This document shows, in pieces, positions 29,778 through 39,596 of a stretch of DNA of 64,000 nucleotides. The DNA comes from Bacillales bacterium UBA4855. Lineage in GTDB: Bacteria; Bacillota_I; Bacilli_A; RFN20; CAG-826. Every line of letters begins with the position of its first letter. Within the stretch, counting starts at the first letter, position 1. Made by a program: the position numbers and the translations under genes. Location of the stretch: contig DHEH01000002.1 in assembly GCA_002399785.1 (NCBI GenBank), positions 97,265-161,264 of the forward strand, read 5' to 3'. The notes under the pieces were generated by a model. That model saw only the letters and a program-made list of their open reading frames with translations, did not search any database and had not been told where the DNA came from.

Positions 29778-30822
29778 ATGAAAAACATTAAACGTCTGGC
29801 TAGTTTGGTTGTCGTTATGCTTGCATTATCTTCCTGTAATTCTTATGAAAATACAAATAATGTAACTTTAGGAGTAACAACAAACACTTCAAAATATGGT
29901 TTAAGCATTGATTATAAAGAAGGTTTCCGTATTTTGTGGTTAACTGATTTCCATTTTGGAGATCCATATAATACAGCTGTTTATAACGAAACAACTCAAT
30001 ATGAACATTTAAAAATGATGATTGATGAGGCTAACAATCCTGATTTAATTGTTTTAACTGGTGATTCATTTGATGAAGCAACCACTGAACAGGTCGATAC
30101 ATTTATAACTTTTATCGATTCGTTCAAAATTAAACGGATTTTCACTTATGGAAATCATGATCCATCAAATAAAATTGAAGATCCTTACTATATTAATTCT
30201 AAAATAATGGCTGCAAATTATTCAGTATTTGTCGATTATAAAGATGACGATATCGAAGGATTAGCCAACTATTATGTTAATGTAAAAAAAGATAATAAAA
30301 CGCTTTATCGTTTTTTATATTATTGATAGCAATTCAAATAAAGAATTAGGCAATCTAGGGGATAGTGTTTATGATGTAATCCATCTTAATCAACTTGAGC
30401 ATATTAAAAATATTAATATAAATGAAGGCGATAACGCTCCAGGTTTTGCTTTCTATCATATCCCTGTAAGAGAATACGTTAATGCATATGAAGCACACCT
30501 GGATAATCCAAACAAATATAAAGCAAGCGGAGAAATGAGAGATAATGCTGGTTATGGTTATATGAATAACGGCGCTTATGCTTGCATGAAAGAAAACGGA
30601 ATTATCGGTTCGTTCGTTGGTCATAGTCACCGAAATGACATAGATATAGACTATTTCGATGACTAAAACCATATGGTTATGTCCTTCGGTCTTAAAAGTT
30701 CAAATATGAATTATTGTGATTCTGATATGGTTGGCTATAAAAAAATTAACTTACCAAGTGACCCAACTACTTTTGATAATTCTGATATTACTGAAGTTAA
30801 AAAACCTTACGAATTAAATTAA
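29778..30822 (+). pseudogene. calcineurin-like metallophosphoesterase lipoprotein, with a frameshift and a nonsense mutation
   Basis: Lipobox LALSSC; motifs LTDFHFG, GDSFD, GNHD, GHSHRND. +1 frameshift in the T6 run 30311-30316 (LYRF/YIIDSNS). In-frame TAA at 30664-30666 (DYFDD*NHMVMSFGLK). Confidence 0.75.
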
Positions 30823-30834
30823 GGAGAAAATATT

Positions 30835-32921
30835 ATGAAACAACATTATTTAAATAAAATAGTTCCAATTATTGCTTTAACTTTATGTGTCCCATGTTTA
30901 AGTTCTTGCAACAATGAAAAAGTTAGCAAAGCAACTATTGAATTTTCAACTAATAATAACGGAACAATTTCTATTGAAAATTTAGCAAGTGATGGTTTAG
31001 CAGATCTCAACGTTGCTTTAAAAATCTCGGCCAATCCCCTTTCAAATTATGAATTAAATAGTTTATCAGTTAATGGTAAAGATATTTTTTCAACCTTTAC
31101 TTTTACTCCAACTGAACCCATCAATTATATTATTAATGCAGTATTTTTAAAGATACCAGCAGTAAACAATGATTATAAAGTTGAATTGAGTTGTCCTAAC
31201 AGCATGGCGATTGGAAGTACTATGCAACTTCAAACCACAGTTTATGGACCAGACCAAAGCGTCTCTTATTTTGTAAGCGATCCAAACTTGGCTAGAGTTG
31301 ATGATGCTGGACTTGTTACGGCTAAAAAGGCCGAACTTGTCTCTATTACTGCTACCGCAACTGGTTAAAATATCAATAATCCTGCAACCGATTCAGCTTG
31401 GTTCTTTATTGAGCCAGATTATATTTCAAAATATAAAACAGTCTATAAACAAGACAATATAAGTAATGGTTTGGCTTATGAGGGCTAATTAAAATATTGT
31501 TATGATCTGTCATTGGATGGCGAGCCTGAACAAAATGCCCATGTTCTAAATTATGCATTCTCAATGACTAATTGGGAAGAATGGCCTGTTGCTATTGATT
31601 TTCATCTCGATTTAATTTCAAACTGCACCATTATAACAATGGCTTTAGCATTCCTTTCAGGAAACAATAATTTTTACAACGTAAATAGGTTAGGAGTTAG
31701 TTATTTTGGGAATGATGTTATTTCACTTTACGGAATAGGCGGTGAAAATCATGAAATTGTTTATTATTATAAGGAACTAAGCATTGCTAAAGAGATTGCT
31801 CCTTATTTAACTAACCAGATATATAACTTAATTTCTAATAATAGTGAAAATTCAGATTTTATCGCTGACATTATTAATAATGTTTATAAAAAAGGATTTG
31901 ATGGCTTAGACATTCCTTCTTATGCTCCATTACTAAACTCAGTTTTAGTTTGCGATACCGATCCAAAGAAAGGAATTTATAGTTATTCAAGTTATTTAAG
32001 CACAATTCAAAAGTTTGTTAACAAAGCCAAAGCAAGTGCTGTACAAAAACTTAAAGACACTTACGGGGAAGATTCTTCTGAATATATGATGTATGGAAGC
32101 ATCATTAAAGAATTGTTTCCAGACAATCTTCAAGATATTAGAACAAGTTATACTTTCAAAGTTGATGGCTCTCCAGATAAGGTTAATTTCGTTATCAAAG
32201 ACAAAAAAATGGTATTGAATACAAATACTTAAATATGGATTTTTCAATAAAAGAAGGAGGATTGGCTAGCGATTTCTTTACAAATCGCCATTCAAATATC
32301 GAAATTTCGAGCGTAGAAACATCACTTATCAATAAAGTTTTAGAATATAAAGAAAGAGTTAAGTCTGATTTAAAATCAACTAAATTAATTATTGACGAAA
32401 ATAAAGTTTATAATGGAATTTCTCCTGAAAACAGCAATTCAATTTATGATGCAATAAATCTTAATACAGCTTTCGAAAAAGACTTAATTACTTATCACGA
32501 TTTTATTAATGCGATGAATGACCCAAAATCTGAATCATATGTTTCTTCTCAACCTTTTAAAGACTCTGCTAAATTAAGCGAATTTAAATCTTATGATGGT
32601 TTCAAAGTTTCGTTGTCAAGAGACACATATTCTAATGCACTTCCTGATATTTATGAGTGCAAAAATGGTGACACTTTTAAGGTAAGCAATTTAAGAGTTG
32701 TTGGTGATTCAACTTTAAGTAATGAAGAAGCTACTTCTGGAATTAATATTTCCTTAAAAACAGAGAAAGGAAGTGCTTTCTCTACAGATATTGCTACTTA
32801 CAACGCAGAAACTGGATTAGTGTCAATTATCAGCGCTCCAAGCGAAGATACCACATTAATTATCAAATCAAATCATAATGATTGCACTAGCGTTACTTAT
32901 CGTTTGCATATCAATGTTTAG
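30835..32921 (+). pseudogene. large surface lipoprotein with Big_2-like Ig domain, broken by two in-frame TAA codons and an A7 frameshift
   Basis: Lipobox CLSSC; Big_2-like GLVTAKKAELVSITATATG. TAA at 31366-31368 and 31486-31488 are in the same frame as ORF 31513-32232. ORF 32235-32921 has no RBS and joins it by a -1 shift in A7 (32203-32209). Confidence 0.6.
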
Positions 32922-33102
32922 TTTTAAATAAAACATATAAAACCAATAATTTATAAGAATAAAATCGATAATCAAACATTATTTTAAACTCATAAATAAA
33001 AATGTATTTTTATAATATTATTATGAATAATATTTATAACTTGTTATAAAAGACAAATAATGGTATATTTTTAATTGCTTATTCGCGAGGTGAAGTTATT
33101 TT

Positions 33103-33978
33103 ATGAATTTTAAAAATGTATTAAAAAAGATCGCTACTCCATTTGTAGCAATTGGTCGTTGGATTAAGGAAACCGCATGGGTTCAACCATTACTTATCGT
33201 TGGTGTTATCTTCGGTATTATTTTTTGTATTCCTTCAATTACAAAGGCTGTTCAAGATAGTCAACAAAGCACCAGTATTGAATGGTATTCTCAAAAACAA
33301 TTAAGTCTTGAAAATGTCGACAACGATAAAAGCGTTGCTAATGATTTCTTTAAGGATTTTACTGTCGCTCAAACTCAATGGGACAAAAACGAAAAAACCG
33401 AAGCTAAGAAGACAATGAACAAATACGCTAGCGAAGGTAAATTCTTCTTATTTTTTGTTCAAGAAGATTGCACTGGTTGCGACGAAACACAAGAAGCCTT
33501 CAACTATTTAAGTAATAACTGGGATACTTTAATCAATAACACCAGTAAAACTTATCCTTCATTTGCTTATCAATCAATTTTCTGTGATCAAAAATTAGAT
33601 GGTGATTCATATAAAAAATACACTCCATTTGATTATTTATTTACAAGCAGTTACTTTAATACATTCTCTGAAAATGCATATTATGCTGGAACTAAAAGTA
33701 ATTATTATGTTCATAGTGATGCAACAATTAAAAATTCAATTGAATCAAATTTAAACAAACTTAATGCTAGTGATGCAGCTTCTGCAAAACCAAGTTCTGA
33801 TTTCCAAACACCTATGGTTGTTGAATTTGATTTAAATGATACAAATACCTCAGAATCAATTATCGCCAATATCCTTTATGGTTTCCAAGGTTCCGATAAA
33901 TACGAAAGAGCTGATAACATCGCAAATTGTTGGAAAAATCTTTACGAATTCTCTGATTCTGGTAAAGAAACAATCTAA
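33103..33978 (+). CDS. membrane-anchored thioredoxin-fold-like protein with CxxC motif
   Basis: N-terminal TM; FFLFFVQEDCTGCDET resembles a thioredoxin-like CxxC context; otherwise unrecognised. Confidence 0.45.
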   Translation: MNFKNVLKKIATPFVAIGRWIKETAWVQPLLIVGVIFGIIFCIPSITKAVQDSQQSTSIEWYSQKQLSLENVDNDKSVANDFFKDFTVAQTQWDKNEKTEAKKTMNKYASEGKFFLFFVQEDCTGCDETQEAFNYLSNNWDTLINNTSKTYPSFAYQSIFCDQKLDGDSYKKYTPFDYLFTSSYFNTFSENAYYAGTKSNYYVHSDATIKNSIESNLNKLNASDAASAKPSSDFQTPMVVEFDLNDTNTSESIIANILYGFQGSDKYERADNIANCWKNLYEFSDSGKETI

Positions 33979-33993
33979 TTAAAAATAGATACT

Positions 33994-34026
33994 AAAAACG
34001 GTCCCCATAAGCGAACCGTTTTTTTA
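33994..34026. terminator. hairpin terminator between convergent genes
   Basis: AACGGT-12-nt loop-ACCGTT flanked by an A-run and a T-run. Confidence 0.55.
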
Positions 34027-34054
34027 TGTTGAAATAATCTATTAAGAGAAACTA

Positions 34055-34531
34055 TTATAATTTTTTATTTTTAAACATTTCTAGAACAACAGGAGGAACA
34101 AGGCCAGAGATATTAACTCCACTGTCAAACATTTCTCTAATAGTACTGCTAGAAATAAAGGAAGTAGCTTGGTGCGCCATAAAGAAAACAATATCAACAT
34201 TTGGATCTATATATTCATTAGCAGCTGCAAATGACCATTCATATTCAAAATCACTGACAACACGTAAACCACGAATTAATACTCCAGCACCATGTTTTTT
34301 TGCATAATCCACCGTTAAACCATCATAAGAATCTACTTTAACATTTTTATATTCCTTAACAGCTTCTTTTATCATTTTAATTTTTTCTTCATTAGAAAAA
34401 CAAGATTTCTTTTTATTATTTATTGCCACCAAAACAATAATTTCATCAAAGACTTTACAAGCTCTTTTGATGATATCCAAATGTCCGTTGGTTATTGGAT
34501 CAAAACTACCAGGATAAACTGCGATTTTCAT
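34055..34531 (-). CDS. coaD: phosphopantetheine adenylyltransferase
   Basis: AVYPGSFDPITNGHLDII; 158 aa. Confidence 0.93.
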   Translation of the reverse strand: MKIAVYPGSFDPITNGHLDIIKRACKVFDEIIVLVAINNKKKSCFSNEEKIKMIKEAVKEYKNVKVDSYDGLTVDYAKKHGAGVLIRGLRVVSDFEYEWSFAAANEYIDPNVDIVFFMAHQATSFISSSTIREMFDSGVNISGLVPPVVLEMFKNKKL

Positions 34532-35077
34532 TTACTTACTCCTTAATATATATATAAAAGTCTTTCCGTACTTAAGTTCTCTTATATTATATTCATCGAA
34601 TTCATCAGAATCTAATCTATTATCTTTTTCTAACACTATTATGTGATTTGGTAACAAAATATGGTGAATTTTTAGAATATCTATAAAATCTTTGCTTAAA
34701 TCCATCTTGTAAGGTGGATCTAAAAACACAATGTCAAATTGCAACCCTTCTATTTTAAAACTTTGTAAAGCGGATTCGTAATCTCCACAAAACAAATCTA
34801 TTTCATTAATTTTTAATGAAGCTAAATTATCTTTAATAATTTGTTGGGCTTTTTTATCTTTCTCAACTAACCAAACTTTTTTCGCTCCACGACTATAAGC
34901 TTCTATTCCGATTGCTCCAGATCCACTAAATAAATCTAAAAAAGTTGAATTTTTTATTGCCTCACCTAAACTTGAAAAGAAGCCTTCTTTTACACTATCT
35001 TTTGTACATCTTGTAGTGTCTAAATCAGGCTGTTTTAGGGTTCTATGACGATAAATACCACCAACAATTCTTATCAT
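34532..35077 (-). CDS. rsmD: 16S rRNA (guanine966-N2)-methyltransferase RsmD
   Basis: LDLFSGSGAIGIEA SAM motif and DPPY; upstream of coaD as in Bacillus (ylbH-coaD). Confidence 0.85.
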   Translation of the reverse strand: MIRIVGGIYRHRTLKQPDLDTTRCTKDSVKEGFFSSLGEAIKNSTFLDLFSGSGAIGIEAYSRGAKKVWLVEKDKKAQQIIKDNLASLKINEIDLFCGDYESALQSFKIEGLQFDIVFLDPPYKMDLSKDFIDILKIHHILLPNHIIVLEKDNRLDSDEFDEYNIRELKYGKTFIYILRSK

Positions 35078-35406
35078 AAATCAAAGATCTCTTCATTAAT
35101 TTTTTCTAATAAATCGTTATATTTTAAAAGTTTTAAAATATAATCTTTAACCAATGGATGATGATTCAATAAATATACAGTTTCACTAAAATATTTATGT
35201 GATTTTAAAGACTCAACGCTATTGCGATCAAAAATTTTTAAATCATCATTATAAACCATCATTGCATGATCTTTTTGGAAAGATAATACTTTGACTTCGT
35301 CGTCACTATCCATAATTTGTTCAGCCTCTTTTAAAGCTAAATATTCAGGAGATTTTTTAAGAAAATCCTTAATCTTTTCTACATCATTTATTAATTCAAT
35401 ATTCAT
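35074..35406 (-). CDS. YlbF/YmcA-like protein (tentative)
   Basis: 110-aa helical protein at the position of ylbF upstream of rsmD-coaD; weak sequence resemblance only. Confidence 0.45.
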   Translation of the reverse strand: MNIELINDVEKIKDFLKKSPEYLALKEAEQIMDSDDEVKVLSFQKDHAMMVYNDDLKIFDRNSVESLKSHKYFSETVYLLNHHPLVKDYILKLLKYNDLLEKINEEIFDL

Positions 35407-35440
35407 ATTTAATAATATAGCATAAATATTTAAAAATCAG

Positions 35441-36013
35441 ATGATTTTTGCTATGATAATAACAATGAAAAATTTTAAAATTGTAAAAGACAACAAACCT
35501 TCTTTACGTCAAAGAAGTACACAAATTATCCTTCCTATTGAGGAAGAATTAAAACAAACACTTTTAGATATGCTTAAATATCTTAAATTGTCGCAAAACG
35601 AACAATATGCTGAAAAGCACCAAATTAGAGCCGGTGTCGGTTTAGCTGCTCCTCAAATTGGTATCAATAAAGATATGATTGCGATTTTTTATCAAGACGA
35701 AAACAATGTAAGTCATGAATATTGCTTAATCAATCCAGTTATAATTAGTGAGTCATGTAAACTTGCTTATATTGAATCTGGAGAAGGCTGTTTAAGCGTT
35801 GACAAACAACATCCAGGATATATTTACCGACCATATAAAGTTACTGTTAAGGCATTTGATTTATTAAAAAATAAAGAAATGACCTATGTTTTTACTGGTT
35901 TTGGCAGCATGGTAGTTCAACATGAAATCGATCATTTGAAAGGTATTCTTTTTTATGATCACATCGATAAAAAAAATCCATTTAAAAAGTTAGATGACGC
36001 CACAATTATTTAA
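35441..36013 (+). CDS. def: peptide deformylase
   Basis: GVGLAAPQIG, EGCLS, HEIDHLKG. Start ambiguous: Met at 35441, 35453 or 35465. Confidence 0.9.
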   Translation: MIFAMIITMKNFKIVKDNKPSLRQRSTQIILPIEEELKQTLLDMLKYLKLSQNEQYAEKHQIRAGVGLAAPQIGINKDMIAIFYQDENNVSHEYCLINPVIISESCKLAYIESGEGCLSVDKQHPGYIYRPYKVTVKAFDLLKNKEMTYVFTGFGSMVVQHEIDHLKGILFYDHIDKKNPFKKLDDATII

Positions 36014-36143
36014 AATATTTTTCTTATAAAATTATAAAATTTAATCATTATTTGAATTGATATTAATAGCAATTATTATTATAATGTTTTTAGGTAGATA
36101 AATACTAAATAGACATCATAAGGTGATTTATAAAGGAGTAGAT

Positions 36144-37829
36144 ATGGAGAAAAGATTTTCTAATGCAATTAGAATATACGCTCTTGGTGGTCTTTGCGAG
36201 GTCGGAAAGAACACATATTGTTTAGAGAGCGAAAATAATTTAATTATTATTGATGCAGGAGTTAAATTTCCTGAGGATGAGTTGACAGGAGTTGATTATG
36301 TTATTCCAAATTATCAACATTTAAAAGATAATCAAAGTAAGATTAGAGCTTTAATTATAACTCATGGTCACGAAGATCACATTGGAGGAATCCCATTTTT
36401 AGCTAAAACTATTAAGATTCCTGTAATTTATGCTCCTCGTCTTGCCGCAGCATTAATCAGACAAAAACTTGAAGATCAAAAAATTAAAGAAAATATAAAA
36501 ATTGTTGAATATGATAGCAACGATGTTTTTAATCTTCCTGATTTCACAGTTTCTTTTTATCGTGTAACCCACTCTATTCCTGATTCTTTTGGTATTTGTA
36601 TTGATACAAGTGAAGGAAGAATAGTAGATACTGGTGACTTCAAAATTGACTTAACACCAGTTGGTCCAGAAATGGAAATTCATAAGATGGCAAAACTTGG
36701 AAGTGAAGGAGTTGATTTACTTCTTGCTGATTCGACTAATGCTGAAAGAGAAGGATGGACACCTAGCGAAAAGAACGTTTTAAATTCAATTCATGAAATT
36801 TTCGATAAGGCAAATGGCCGTTTAATTATTTCTACTTTCTCTAGTAATATTTATAGAATTCAACAAATTATTGATTGCGTTATTAAACATAATAGAAAAG
36901 TCTATATTGTTGGCCGATCAATGGTTAATACAGTCGAAGTAAGCCGTAAATTTGGATATATTCAAATTCCAAATTCACTCATTTTAGGTGATGAAGAATT
37001 AAAATCAACTAGAGATTCACAAATTGTTATTTTGTGTACAGGAAGCCAAGGAGAACCTATGGCTGCTTTAAGTAGAATTGCTAACGGAACATTTAAAGGA
37101 TTAAGAATTCAACCAGGCGATACAGTTGTTTTCTCATCTAGCCCAATTCCTGGCAATGGTCTTTCAATTTCTAAAGTTGTTAACCAATTAACGAGAGCTG
37201 GTGCTGATGTTTTAACAAATTCAGTTTTTAAAGATATCCACTCTTCTGGTCACCCATCAAGACAAGAATTAAGAATGAATTTAAAATTACTTAAACCAAC
37301 TTATTTTATGCCAGCACATGGTGAATATCATATGCTCAAATTACATGCTGGATTAGCCGCCAGTTTAGGAATTCCAAAGGAAAATATCTTTGTTCATGAA
37401 AACGGAGACACTTTAATTTTGGAACGTCACAAAATTAGAGAAGGTGAAAGAATTCCTGCTGATGATGTTTATATCGATGGTTATGATATTAATGGTGTTT
37501 CTAGCGCTGTTATTAAAGATAGACATATATTACAAGATGACGGACTTGTTTCTGTCATTGTTTCCCTTGATAGTAAAAATAATAAGATATTAGATAAGCC
37601 AAAAATTATTACTGTCGGATTTGTAAGTTATGGAAATTATGAAGACCACTTGGTCCGTCACGCTTCTTTAAAAGTCGAAGAAGCAATTAATAATTTATTC
37701 AAAACTCAACATGTAACTTTTAATGATATTAAAAACACAATCAGATCGGTTGTTTACCAATATTACTATCGTAAAACACAAAGACAACCAATGATTATTC
37801 CATTAATTCTTAATAAAACAGCTGAATAA
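36144..37829 (+). CDS. rnj: ribonuclease J
   Basis: Beta-lactamase/beta-CASP/RNase J C-terminal order; ITHGHEDHIGG. ATG at 36144 follows an AAGGAG RBS; the track start at 36123 is a GTG without an RBS. Confidence 0.92.
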   Translation: MEKRFSNAIRIYALGGLCEVGKNTYCLESENNLIIIDAGVKFPEDELTGVDYVIPNYQHLKDNQSKIRALIITHGHEDHIGGIPFLAKTIKIPVIYAPRLAAALIRQKLEDQKIKENIKIVEYDSNDVFNLPDFTVSFYRVTHSIPDSFGICIDTSEGRIVDTGDFKIDLTPVGPEMEIHKMAKLGSEGVDLLLADSTNAEREGWTPSEKNVLNSIHEIFDKANGRLIISTFSSNIYRIQQIIDCVIKHNRKVYIVGRSMVNTVEVSRKFGYIQIPNSLILGDEELKSTRDSQIVILCTGSQGEPMAALSRIANGTFKGLRIQPGDTVVFSSSPIPGNGLSISKVVNQLTRAGADVLTNSVFKDIHSSGHPSRQELRMNLKLLKPTYFMPAHGEYHMLKLHAGLAASLGIPKENIFVHENGDTLILERHKIREGERIPADDVYIDGYDINGVSSAVIKDRHILQDDGLVSVIVSLDSKNNKILDKPKIITVGFVSYGNYEDHLVRHASLKVEEAINNLFKTQHVTFNDIKNTIRSVVYQYYYRKTQRQPMIIPLILNKTAE

Positions 37830-37831
37830 TT

Positions 37832-38392
37832 ATGGTAGTACTTGGAAGTTCTTCTCCACGTCGAATATGTTTATTAAAAACAATTGTGGATGATTTCAAA
37901 ATTGTAAAACCAACTTTTGATGAAAAATTGGTTCCTTTAGATGATCCTCATTACGCTTTAACTGAAGCAAAAAATAAAGCATTAAGTTTAAAAACCCTTG
38001 TAAATCCCCAGGATTTACTTATTTGTTGTGACACAATTGTTGTTTTGGGTAAGGAAATTTTTGGTAAACCAAAAGATGAAAAAGACGCTTATAGAATCTT
38101 AAAAACGTTAAACGGAAACACTCATAAAGTTATTACCGGATACACAATAACATATTGTGGAAAAACAATCGAAAAAGAGATTGTTTCATATGTCACTTTT
38201 AAAAAATTAAGAAGAGAAGAACTCTTACATTATATTCAAAACGAAAACGTTATGGATAAAGCTGGGGCATATGCCATTCAAGATGACGAAAAATTTCATA
38301 TTATACAAAAAATAAAAGGAAGCCTAACTAACATTATGGGTTTCCCAATCGAAAGTATTTCCGATGATTTAAAGTCTTTTAATATCATCTAA
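37832..38392 (+). CDS. maf: Maf-family nucleoside triphosphate pyrophosphatase
   Basis: LGSSSPRR N-terminus; DKAGAYAIQ motif. Confidence 0.85.
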   Translation: MVVLGSSSPRRICLLKTIVDDFKIVKPTFDEKLVPLDDPHYALTEAKNKALSLKTLVNPQDLLICCDTIVVLGKEIFGKPKDEKDAYRILKTLNGNTHKVITGYTITYCGKTIEKEIVSYVTFKKLRREELLHYIQNENVMDKAGAYAIQDDEKFHIIQKIKGSLTNIMGFPIESISDDLKSFNII

Positions 38393-38761
38393 GGAATTAT
38401 TTAAATTATCTAATTTTTTGCCAACCAATATAAGTTTATTAGACATTTCTAGTGTTCTTTCAACACCATATTTTTTAAGGTCTTCTTTATTAACTTTTGA
38501 ATAATCATTAAGAACTAAAGTTAAGCGTGTTCCAACAAGAAAATGTTCTTTAATGTTATCTTCTCCACCTAAAGCTAAAATTATATTATCATGGTCTTCT
38601 TCACTTATTGTTGCTTCAACATCAATTACATTTGAAGTTTTTTTGTGTAAACGAACATATAAAATTATTGATGCAATAATTATTAGAGCAACTAGACCAA
38701 CTCCAACCCCTAAAATTATAAATAAGTTTTCATTAGCTGAATTTTGAACTAAATATGTCAT
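38369..38761 (-). CDS. membrane-anchored PTS EIIB-like domain protein lacking the phospho-cysteine
   Basis: N-terminal TM. LALGGEDNIKEHFLVGTRLTLVLND matches the EIIB pattern GG.eNI...hCaTRLR, with Cys replaced by Val. Confidence 0.55.
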   Translation of the reverse strand: MTYLVQNSANENLFIILGVGVGLVALIIIASIILYVRLHKKTSNVIDVEATISEEDHDNIILALGGEDNIKEHFLVGTRLTLVLNDYSKVNKEDLKKYGVERTLEMSNKLILVGKKLDNLNNSLDDIKRL

Positions 38762-39534
38762 TTTATCAATGTCTCCCTTGTCTTTTTAATATAATCTATA
38801 CCATGGTTTTGCAAAACTCTAATTTGCTTATCGCTAGCTACTCTAATCTGTAAACCACCCTTAAAATTATTAATTTTTAAAAACTTACAATCATAAAATA
38901 AATTGAAATAATCGTAACTAAAATTCAAAAGAGTAATAGTTTTATCGACATTAAGAACGTATGGCGAACGTAAAGAATTATATCTTCTATTAGAAATAGG
39001 GGCCTTTTCTATAAATTGAATAGTTTCAATTTCATTATCAACCAACGAACCGCCTAAAGAACGAGCAAGTCCACTACTTCCGATTGAGGTTGATATACAA
39101 GCTCCATCACTTCTACATGTTTCTAAATAAGTACCGTTTATATCGACATCATATGATATGCTTGTACCATTACAGGCTTCCATACGAATCTCATTCAAGG
39201 CATAAATTTTTTGGCCCATAAATTTGCCTTCTAGTAAACTTATAGTGCGAATTGGCAAGGACTTTTGAATTAATTCGTCTATCATGAAATTAATATCTTT
39301 ATCGGTAAATTCACATAAAAAACCAAGATTGCCTCTATTAATAGCTACAAACAATGGATTAATCTCAAAGAAGTCATGAACGGCTCTTAAAAATGTTCCG
39401 TCGCCACCCACCGAGAAAACAACTTCAGGATTATTTTCATCTTGAATAAAATGATTTTCATCTAATTTTTTAACAAGTTTATTGACTGTCTTAACAGCGA
39501 CCTTGTCCTTTTTAAAACGTATGCAATATCTCAT
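38758..39534 (-). CDS. nadK: NAD kinase
   Basis: GGDGTFL and NRGNLGFL motifs. Start taken at MRYCIRF; the track start at 39579 would overlap the divergent gene. Confidence 0.85.
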   Translation of the reverse strand: MRYCIRFKKDKVAVKTVNKLVKKLDENHFIQDENNPEVVFSVGGDGTFLRAVHDFFEINPLFVAINRGNLGFLCEFTDKDINFMIDELIQKSLPIRTISLLEGKFMGQKIYALNEIRMEACNGTSISYDVDINGTYLETCRSDGACISTSIGSSGLARSLGGSLVDNEIETIQFIEKAPISNRRYNSLRSPYVLNVDKTITLLNFSYDYFNLFYDCKFLKINNFKGGLQIRVASDKQIRVLQNHGIDYIKKTRETLIK

Positions 39535-39596
39535 ATGTATCTCTTTTAAAACTTTCGTAATTATTGTATCATAAAACAACGAGGTTAAAACTATTT

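Noticed and set aside
30355-30672. 105-aa minus-strand ORF.
   Set aside because: It lies antisense to the metallophosphoesterase pseudogene, whose conserved motifs (GHSHRND and others) read clearly on the plus strand.
1572-31488. Reassignment of TAA or TAG to a sense codon as the explanation for the in-frame stops.
   Set aside because: Every ribosomal or translation gene I checked (rplQ, rpoA, rpsK, rpsM, rpmJ, infA, map, adk, rplF, rpsH) terminates at the expected position with TAA, so TAA is the main functional stop. Only local readthrough or pseudogenisation remains plausible.
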